A DNA stretch of 64,000 bases from Candidatus Brocadiia bacterium. GTDB lineage: Bacteria; Planctomycetota; Brocadiia; CAIUPP01. The stretch spans positions 32,001 through 96,000 of the forward strand of contig JBEKCB010000005.1 in NCBI GenBank assembly GCA_050015075.1. The letters are read 5' to 3'. Shown here in pieces: positions 57,701-64,000 of the stretch. Made by a program: the position numbers and the translations under genes. Position 1 is the first letter of the stretch, and each line of letters opens with the position of its first letter. The notes under the pieces are model-generated. The model searched no databases. It worked only from the letters and a program-made list of their open reading frames with translations, and was not told the origin of the DNA.

Positions 57701-59898
57701 CCTGGATTGCGCTTGCCTATTTGAAGAACGACGCGGCCGTGACGCGCTTCGTGCAATTGGTCGGCGGCGACAACGCGCTGGCCAAGCGTCTGAGCGCGGC
57801 CGCCGCGCTCGGCGAAGTCGGCGACCCGAGCGTCGTGCCGATCCTGACCGCGCTGTTGAAGGATAAAGACAAGGCCATGTGCCGGACCGCGGCCAGGGCC
57901 CTGGCCCAAATGCCCGACGCCGCCACCGTCGGCGCGCTGGATGCGGCCATGGACAAGAACCTGCTCGTCTCCGCGATTGTGGAGCAGGCGCCCGTCATGG
58001 CGGCCAAGGCCGGCAAGGACGCAACGGCGGCACTGCTCGCAAAAATGCTGACCATCGCGGCCGGAGAAAAGTCGGCCGCAGTCGCGCCGCCGTCAGAGAA
58101 AGCTCCCACGCCGTCGCCGGATGAAGGTTCCGCGCCGTCGCGAGGCAGAGGTGGCAGACCGTCACGAGGCCGGGGTGGCGCGCCGCGGAGCAGGGGTCCC
58201 GCACAGCCGCCGAGCAGCGGTCCCACAGTGCCGCCGCCCGCCAAGAAGGCCGGCGAACCGGGGATGGCGACGCCCATGATGATCCTCGAAGCGATCAACA
58301 GCCTCGGCCTCTATTCTCCGGAGGTCAAGGCGGCGCTCGAAGCGGCGCGCGAGCAGGCGGCGGACGCCGACGTTCGCGCCGCGGCGTACAAGGCGCGCGA
58401 GCAGGCGACCGCCGGCGAGAGCGTGGCGGATCGTTCCGCCTCGGCGATCGCCGCGGCCGGTCTGGCGCTCAAAGACAAGGACGGCACGGTCCGGTGCGTG
58501 GGGATCGGCTTGCTCTCGGCGGCCGAGCCGAAGGAGGCGCTCGCGCTGCTGTTACCGGCGGTGAAGGACCCCGATGCCGCGGTTCGCGCCGCAGCCCTGG
58601 ACGCGCTGCCCGATATCGCCGACGAGCCGGCCATCGCCGCGGCGATCAAGGACGCGCTGAGCGACCCGAGTCCGGATGTCGTCCGCGCGGCTGCGGTCGC
58701 GGCGGCGCGGCGGCCGGCGCTCAGCGGCGACGTGCTCGCGGCGCTCACCCAGGCCGCCGGCCCGCTCACGCTTCTCCTGACGGACCCTAAGCAGGAGATG
58801 CGAATCGCCGCCGTTCGCGCCCTGGGCAAGCTGAAGGACCCCACGGCGCTCAGTTCGCTCCAAAGCGTGCTGACCGACAAAGATCCCAAGGTCGTCGAGG
58901 AGGCCATCCGCGCACTCAGCGAACTCGACGCGCCCGAGGCCGTCAAGGCCGCATTCGACGCGCTCGCGCTCGGCAAGGAAGTCCTTCCGGATGAACTGTG
59001 CCGGCAGATGCTCGCGCGCCTGGCCGCGCACTGCGCGGATGCCAATTCGGCGTACGGCTCCTGGGCGGCGACCGGACCGGCGCTGAAGGAGTCCGACCTG
59101 CACATCCTCGAGGAGATGGCGCCTTCCGCCACCGGCGACGCGCGGTCCGGCTTGATCGCGCTCGCGGTACGATACCTGACCGATTCGCGGCTCGAAGCGA
59201 AGAAACGCGCGGCGGGCATCCTCGCCTGCTACGCCGGCGACGCCGACGCCCGCAAGGTGCTGCTGGACGCGCTCGAACAGGATACCACCGGCATCGCCCA
59301 GGCGGCCGCCGACGTGCTGCGCCGCATCCGCGACGACTCGATGATTGATGTCCCGCTCCTGGCCTACTACAAGGCGCTCTGCGAGGCGCCCAGCGCGCCG
59401 TCGGGGCCGGGGATGCGCGGCGGCCGCGGGCCGTTCGGAGGCGGACGTGCGGGAATGGCTGGCGGCGCCGGACCAGCGACCCCGCCGCCGCGGTTCCCCG
59501 GCCTGGCCAAAGCTACGGCGGAGGACAGCGCCGTGTTGCGCGCGGCCATCATCGAGGCGCTCGGCGCCATCGGCGGCGACCACGCCGGAAAGGCGCTCAG
59601 GACCATCGCGGACCTCGAGCAGAAGAGAAACACCGACGAGATGGCGCCCTACCTCATCGCGGCGTTCGAAAGCTCCAAAGGCTCCACCAGCATCCGCGAT
59701 CTCTGCGAATATTACGTGGGCGTCCCCGGTCGCTACAGGCTCGATGCGGTCTCGGCGCTGATGCACCTGGCGCCCCTCGATTCCGCGCGCGTGACGGAAA
59801 CGCTCCAGCGCCTCGCCGCGGTGGGCACGACTCCGCCCGAGGTCGCCGCCGCGGCCGTGGACGCGCTCGATGAGATCCGGAGCGCCGGCGGCGCATAA
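54763..59898 (+). CDS. Large membrane-anchored zinc-ribbon / HEAT-repeat protein
   Basis: MPIRFRCKCGK..CPNCG, second CPNCG..CAECG, one TM helix, HEAT repeats (LKDKD.., VRAAALDAL, RIAAVRALG), RGG/Pro-rich inserts; promoter TTGACA-17-TACACT at 54690-54718. Confidence 0.8.
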   Translation: MPIRFRCKCGKIVKVEEKYAGRQATCPNCGAQLLVPNASTASEAPAPTAKAAPAAQPPEPSALELQLESDSPSPGGKPDDASQNALELESDILVPEGTPGGAPANGMELESDNLDAGGPTSDTVEEVMEVEEVAPESEISEVVPLPDDSAPAAAPSEPTSEKVCPNCGVAVSPDALSCAECGANLMPEKAPPKKKLPIPKALQTLREHKAFPLIAAIGAVVLILIVTVVVVAVRKPKKPASVTVAELRPKARSAEAPKSAEKPKPTPEVQFHWPGFSDPAAIARDRILKIGQELAAYVDKNHQPPATLAEAGVAEADSADYTYVGAEIAALPRFHAMVYEAKPSASYEPYVLFSDGSARPVPAAQIPSVLLSKAGSGWVTAADAALLAKTAPVIRVTNVRFASLEVALDDKPAGVVPRGGECVIPAVAGAHQITFTAGEQKESFQADLKPGIAYTFIHPRQADLPWIPMKQYRAGLTGQSAPPPEKAPTPAGRGATLPGRPATPTTDQSLTFTVDKKEGFAVKSIKSSTETVDFLDKDGRTALALDLRSIAARITRENENVTIEGPGADMPILVNEIGRLEAGIVKFKGDVTVTFRKTALGTLRCEELPNTDPAAVSLPEAKQGKPPASNPGTTPAPRPSFPSVTFTLFPDCQVLAGALSSSAPAAVQLLLQRAQVEPNPTEAAPGRETPPTNVEPLPNGPPQGRRGMPPGGFGPGGFGRGGAGRGQRPQDALAAPAKPPVEVGGERPVHPPQEISASLVYAALALYGDPSAFDALKAQVEKMPAESAKSPAYASLLLALARSGGMSALSDLRTASANAPASAVIALSMIDDPAARQALNEILAKCTPAEIVQAVDEWPVVAGPACRITFIETLASAKPALLDDMAVLNALMKLDPFTLERALAARLAAESVEAAPEPPATPQPPSPPQPPSPAGRGRGPMGRGRGPMPEMNRSGPMPGMNRQGPTPAEAAAFRSPAPPSWIALAYLKNDAAVTRFVQLVGGDNALAKRLSAAAALGEVGDPSVVPILTALLKDKDKAMCRTAARALAQMPDAATVGALDAAMDKNLLVSAIVEQAPVMAAKAGKDATAALLAKMLTIAAGEKSAAVAPPSEKAPTPSPDEGSAPSRGRGGRPSRGRGGAPRSRGPAQPPSSGPTVPPPAKKAGEPGMATPMMILEAINSLGLYSPEVKAALEAAREQAADADVRAAAYKAREQATAGESVADRSASAIAAAGLALKDKDGTVRCVGIGLLSAAEPKEALALLLPAVKDPDAAVRAAALDALPDIADEPAIAAAIKDALSDPSPDVVRAAAVAAARRPALSGDVLAALTQAAGPLTLLLTDPKQEMRIAAVRALGKLKDPTALSSLQSVLTDKDPKVVEEAIRALSELDAPEAVKAAFDALALGKEVLPDELCRQMLARLAAHCADANSAYGSWAATGPALKESDLHILEEMAPSATGDARSGLIALAVRYLTDSRLEAKKRAAGILACYAGDADARKVLLDALEQDTTGIAQAAADVLRRIRDDSMIDVPLLAYYKALCEAPSAPSGPGMRGGRGPFGGGRAGMAGGAGPATPPPRFPGLAKATAEDSAVLRAAIIEALGAIGGDHAGKALRTIADLEQKRNTDEMAPYLIAAFESSKGSTSIRDLCEYYVGVPGRYRLDAVSALMHLAPLDSARVTETLQRLAAVGTTPPEVAAAAVDALDEIRSAGGA

Positions 59899-59962
59899 GC
59901 CGTTCGGCAACTTGTCCGCCCCAGCTTCATATCGGGCAGCCGGCATGCGGAGAGGTCTTCCG

Positions 59963-60577
59963 ATGTCCCGAGCCGCGCACCTCTTCATGGTTCGGCCGAG
60001 CCTCCATGGTGTCCCACCGCCCCTCCTGCCGGAGAACTTCAGCCTCCGTTCCTGTCGCGCCGGGGACGAGGCCGCGTGGCTCGACATCATCCGCCGAGGT
60101 TACGGCGGCGATTGGCCCGACGACGCCTTTCAGCGGCACATGCTCTCCGAGGAATCGTTCCGCCCGGAGCGGCTTTTCTTCGCCGTCACGGAAACCGGGC
60201 GTCCCGTCGCCACCGCCGGCGCGCTTAGGAAACTTCCCCACGGCGACCGCACCGGCTACCTCCACATGCTGGCGGTCCTCCCTGAATTCCGTCGGTGCGG
60301 GTTGGGGACGGCGCTGCTGCGGCGGTGCCTGATTTGTTTCAGGGAACAGGGCTGGCGCGACGCGGTGCTCGACACGGAGGTTTCGCGGCCGGAGGCGATC
60401 CGGCTGTACCTAGCCGCCGGGTTCGTGCCCGCGCCGGAGATTGAAGAGGACGTGACGGCCTGGCGCGCGGTCCTCACGGCGATGGGAAGGTCCGCCCTTG
60501 CGGAAAAGCAATCGGTCGGCTGCGGCGGAATGCACGCGAACATGACGCCGGCGCGGAAACCGCCTCCGCGTTCGTAG
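59963..60577 (+). CDS. GNAT family N-acetyltransferase
   Basis: LAVLPEFRRCGLG acetyl-CoA motif A, AIRLYLAAGF. Confidence 0.85.
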   Translation: MSRAAHLFMVRPSLHGVPPPLLPENFSLRSCRAGDEAAWLDIIRRGYGGDWPDDAFQRHMLSEESFRPERLFFAVTETGRPVATAGALRKLPHGDRTGYLHMLAVLPEFRRCGLGTALLRRCLICFREQGWRDAVLDTEVSRPEAIRLYLAAGFVPAPEIEEDVTAWRAVLTAMGRSALAEKQSVGCGGMHANMTPARKPPPRS

Positions 60578-60641
60578 CGCGCCGGCAACGGCATTCGCCG
60601 AGCGCCTTGCGGCGCCGCTGCAAACTTTTCCGCGACGAGGC

Positions 60642-61871
60642 CTACTTCAGGAAGAGGTAGTACAGCCGCCCTTCGTCCAGCATCCAGCCCGCGATGCGGC
60701 CTGCCTGGTCGCCGATCCCGATGTAGATGTCGGCGCGGCCGGCCGCGCGGATCGCCCCGCCGGAATCCTGGTCGAGCGCGAAATGCTGCCAGCGCACCTT
60801 CTCGCCGGACTCCGCCGCGATCGGCACCCGCGTGTCCACAAAAGCGAGACAGCCGCGCGGGAAAAGGCTCTTGTCCGTCGCGATGCTGCAGCGCTCGGTC
60901 ACCGGAACGCCCAGGCAGCCCAGCGGCGCGGTGTCGGTCTTCTGGAAGAAGACATACCGCTCGTTGCGCGGCAGGAACTCATCCATTTTCTCCGGGTTCT
61001 GCTGGAAGAACTTGATCAGGTTCGAGAGCGTCAGTTGCTCCTTCGGCAGAAGGCCCGCCTCCACGAGCGCCAAGCCGACGCTCGTGTAATTCTTTCCGTT
61101 GTTCGCCTGGTAGCCGGCCTTGAACATGCTGCCGTCCGGCAACCGAAGCTGCGCCGAGCCTTCCACGGTGCAGACGAACGCCTCGAAACGGTTCTTGAGA
61201 TAGACCAGTTCCTGCCCTTTGAGCGCGCCCTGGTCAATGTCCGCTCGGCTGTAATACGATTTCTCGACCGTCCCGTCCGGCAATTTGCGCCCGATGCACT
61301 CGCCGTTCGCGTCCTTGACCAGGTCCGGCGGCGTCTTGTAAAGCGGCCAGCGATACTCCGCCGTCGGCGTCAGGCTCGCGTCGAAGATCGGCGTGTAGTA
61401 CCCGGTGAAGAGCACCGTGCCTGCGTCGTCGCAGCCGACCGACTCGTACACGTCGAAGCCGGCCAGGATTCTGGCCTGGAGTTCGTCCCCCGAATGCGCC
61501 GAGGTCAGGATCTCCCGGAACGCCGCCAGGCTCTTGGCTGCGCGCTCATGCGTGATGTCCTGGACCGGGAAGAACTTTTTGCTCGATGGCTTCTCGAACC
61601 AGCCGATGCTCAGGTTCAGCGCCGTCAGCAGCCCTTCGCGGTCGGCATCGAAGGCCGCCCGAAAATCGGGCAGGCGCGCCGGGTCCGTAATCTTCCGCAG
61701 CGCGGGCATGCCCGCCGGAAGCGGGCGCGTGTAATCTTTCACCTCCGGCGAAGGCGGCTCGGGAATGTGAGTCTTCGCACATCCCGACATCAGCAGCGTG
61801 CAAGGCACGGCGCACGACAGAAGCCCCGCGCTCAGCAGGGAAAGCGCCATCCGGCGCGGCGTTGAAATCAT
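60642..61871 (-). CDS. mltA: Membrane-bound lytic murein transglycosylase MltA (lipoprotein)
   Basis: LFTGYYTP, EGS, NERYVFF, SIATD, DQDSGGAIR..RADIYIG (3D domain). Confidence 0.88.
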   Translation of the reverse strand: MISTPRRMALSLLSAGLLSCAVPCTLLMSGCAKTHIPEPPSPEVKDYTRPLPAGMPALRKITDPARLPDFRAAFDADREGLLTALNLSIGWFEKPSSKKFFPVQDITHERAAKSLAAFREILTSAHSGDELQARILAGFDVYESVGCDDAGTVLFTGYYTPIFDASLTPTAEYRWPLYKTPPDLVKDANGECIGRKLPDGTVEKSYYSRADIDQGALKGQELVYLKNRFEAFVCTVEGSAQLRLPDGSMFKAGYQANNGKNYTSVGLALVEAGLLPKEQLTLSNLIKFFQQNPEKMDEFLPRNERYVFFQKTDTAPLGCLGVPVTERCSIATDKSLFPRGCLAFVDTRVPIAAESGEKVRWQHFALDQDSGGAIRAAGRADIYIGIGDQAGRIAGWMLDEGRLYYLFLK

Positions 61872-61984
61872 GCCAGGTCTCCGTCTCAAAAACCTCTTAT
61901 GGGGCAACCCGTTCAGGGCCATAGTCTAGCGCCCCTCGCGCGCCGCCGCAAGTCAGCCGCGGATCGGGCAGCGCAGTTTCCACA

Positions 61985-63061
61985 CTATCTCAGATAAAAC
62001 GGATTCGTGAAGATCCAGGGCGCGCCTTCGAGCCAGGCCTCGAAGCGATAGACGCCCGGGCCGGCCGGAGCGGCCGAGAGGCGGCCGGTGAGTTCCTTGA
62101 GGCGGCACTGCCCGTCCGCGATCCAGCGCACTTCCGCCGCGCGGGGCAAGGTGAGCGTCATCCGCGTTCCGTCGGCGAAGGGCGCTTCCTGGCCCATCTG
62201 CAGCGCGCGGCCGTCCGCCAGCCGGGCATCGCATCGCGCGCCGGCGGAGTTGGCGATGACGTCGTGCGCGACGAATCCGCGCCCCTCGACCAGCGCCTCG
62301 GTCAGCGCGGCGATCGGGTCGTTGCGCCAGTCTTCCGGCCGGATGAACAGGTGGTTGCGCACGAAGCCGAACATCTGCCGGTACGAGAACAACTCCAGCC
62401 GCGTGAGAGGAACGCGCCGGGCGTGGCAGTCCAGCCCGCCCAGCCCGCTCAGGCGGCGCTCGCGGCCGAACTGGTCCCACATTCGAAGCACGTGCGGGTC
62501 GGGCCCGCGCACGCGGCGCTCCGGGTGCTTCCAGAATTCGTACGCCGCCGGCAGACGCCACCATTCGATGCCGTCCACCCAGTCGTGCATGTACGACCAG
62601 ATCTCGATGCCGCGCACCGCCGGGTGGCCCCAGTCGTACAGCGGCGTGTGGTGGATGCCGAGCGAGCGCTTCCGTTTGCCCATCGGATGCGCGACGATGA
62701 CGTACCCGCCCTGCGCGCCGACGGCGTCCATCGTCCCCCGGTTGCGCCGGACGGCATATCCCTCGCAATGGCGCACGCGCAGAGCGAGCAGGTGGCCCTG
62801 GCGCCAGGGCGTGACTTCGGCGGCGGTGACCAGCGCCACGCCGTCATGGACGCCCTGCCAGCCTTCCCGGAACGCACCGAGGTTATCGTGGTCGGTCAGG
62901 ACAACGAAGTCCAGGCCGGCGCCGCGCGCGGCGGACAGAATCTCCTGGACCGTGCCGGTGCCGTCGCTGTAGCGCGAGTGGATGTGCAGCGCCCCGATGC
63001 GCTCGAGCCATTCGCCCGGGCGCGCGCCGCTCGAATCGCCGTCGGATGAGTCGGAAGCCAT
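61985..63061 (-). CDS. PHP-domain metallohydrolase (CehA/McbA-like)
   Basis: HIHSRYSDG, LTDHD, AHP, GGLDCH, C-terminal WIFTNP. Confidence 0.82.
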   Translation of the reverse strand: MASDSSDGDSSGARPGEWLERIGALHIHSRYSDGTGTVQEILSAARGAGLDFVVLTDHDNLGAFREGWQGVHDGVALVTAAEVTPWRQGHLLALRVRHCEGYAVRRNRGTMDAVGAQGGYVIVAHPMGKRKRSLGIHHTPLYDWGHPAVRGIEIWSYMHDWVDGIEWWRLPAAYEFWKHPERRVRGPDPHVLRMWDQFGRERRLSGLGGLDCHARRVPLTRLELFSYRQMFGFVRNHLFIRPEDWRNDPIAALTEALVEGRGFVAHDVIANSAGARCDARLADGRALQMGQEAPFADGTRMTLTLPRAAEVRWIADGQCRLKELTGRLSAAPAGPGVYRFEAWLEGAPWIFTNPFYLR

Positions 63062-63279
63062 TATTGCGTCCAGTGTTGCGCCTCTTCCCTGCGGAGGCCC
63101 GTCGTCGCGCAGGGTCCAATCCAGACAGGCTACTATAAACAGTCCTCCGCGGAGTGTCCAGCGCACGGGCCGCCCGGCCTCGGCCCAGCCATGGATTTCG
63201 CGGGCACACAGCTTGACAAGACGTTCGGCATTGAGTATCAAGTACGAAGAACTCCGGATACCCGAATGGAGGATGGCGC

Positions 63280-64000
63280 ATGGCTCGCCCATTGGCGCTT
63301 TGCGCGGGCATTCTCGTGCTCGCAATACTCGTCCCGGTCGCATGGCCCCAGGAAGCCCCAGCGCCCGCTGCACCCGCGGCGGCACCTGCGGCGGCGCCCG
63401 CTGCGCCCGCGGCGCCCGAAGACCCGCTGGCCAACGCGATCGCGGCCGTCAAGGCGCCTGCCGCGGCGAGGGCGACCGATCTCGCGGAGGCGCGCAACTA
63501 TCTGGTGGATCAACGCCAGGTCGCGCGCCCGCTCATCGTGCAACTGCTCGGCGATGAGGACGCGCAGGTCCGAATGAATGCCGCTATCGTCCTCGCCCAG
63601 ATGGCGGCCGCCGGCGACACATCGGCGGCGACGATCCAGGCTCTGCGGACGGCGGCGAAGGACCAGGAATTCGCCGTGGCGTATTGGGGATTCCAAGGCC
63701 TGATGAGCGACGGCGTCCCCGCGGCGGATCAGAGCATGGTGATCAGCGAGATGATGCAGATGGAGCGCCCGCGCGCGCTGCGCCTAGCCGCGCTCACGAC
63801 CCTCGGCGACAAGAAACCGATGGCCGCCGCTCCGATTATCGTCAGCCACCTCCAGGAAATCCTGAAGGAATACACAGCGCAGGTGGAAACGGTGGTGACG
63901 TCGGCGGAAACGATCACGCGCGTGGGCCCGGGGACTTACACCGGTCAGGGGCCTTACACCGGTCAGGGACCTTACACGGGTCCGGGGCGCGGCGCTCGCG
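63280..64000 (+). CDS. Secreted HEAT-repeat protein, runs off the window end
   Basis: Not in the ORF track. Manual translation MARPLALCAGILVLAILVPVAWPQEAPAPAAP...LLGDEDAQVRMNAAIVLAQ; RBS GGAGGA; promoter TTGACA-17-TATCAA at 63213-63241. Confidence 0.78.
   Translation, partial: MARPLALCAGILVLAILVPVAWPQEAPAPAAPAAAPAAAPAAPAAPEDPLANAIAAVKAPAAARATDLAEARNYLVDQRQVARPLIVQLLGDEDAQVRMNAAIVLAQMAAAGDTSAATIQALRTAAKDQEFAVAYWGFQGLMSDGVPAADQSMVISEMMQMERPRALRLAALTTLGDKKPMAAAPIIVSHLQEILKEYTAQVETVVTSAETITRVGPGTYTGQGPYTGQGPYTGPGRGAR
63931..63984 (+). repeat. 3 x 18-bp coding tandem repeat (G[TP]YTG[QP])
   Basis: GGGACTTACACCGGTCAG GGGCCTTACACCGGTCAG GGACCTTACACGGGTCCG. Confidence 0.75.

Overview
GC-rich bacterial chromosomal segment with no phage, IS, CRISPR, rRNA or tRNA genes. 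It is probably from an anaerobic Planctomycetota/PVC-like organism; this is an inference from the 'MPIRFRCxCG' zinc-ribbon/HEAT protein, desulforedoxin, the rubrerythrin-like domain, DUF2284 and a HydB-type flavoprotein. Gene content in order: a partial YfhO-like membrane protein and an RmlC-like epimerase; tatA-tatB and tatC split by a livHMGF cluster that lacks livK; a class IV aminotransferase; a Moco/molybdate operon (moeA, moaA, fused modAB, modC, moaC, MOSC-MogA fusion, mobB) convergent with a formate dehydrogenase operon (NuoE-like, NuoF/HydB-GltD fusion, Cys-type FdhA, pseudo-receiver/rubrerythrin, fdhD, mobA); citrate synthase and sucCD; a PadR gene with a duplicated palindromic promoter; desulforedoxin plus 2-oxoacid dehydrogenase E1a/E1b/E2; HDOD, phosphoesterase, GT-B, DUF899, NagD, M24 peptidase, efp, accBC; a fucose-isomerase-like protein, a lipoprotein, a YkgJ-DUF2156 fusion, two DUF2330 paralogs, smpB, DUF2284, topA, a 1711-aa HEAT protein, GNAT, mltA, PHP and a partial HEAT protein. 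Most notable observations: (1) the FDH complex whose bifurcating-type flavoprotein is fused to a GltD/NfnB-like module; (2) several families of short-period (6/7/8-nt) palindromic intergenic elements, two of which supply C-termini and stop codons of flanking genes; (3) small in-frame palindromic insertions inside a CDS; (4) a candidate ~120-nt sRNA with a perfect sigma70 promoter and terminator divergent from topA. All calls are from manual reading; no database searches were run.
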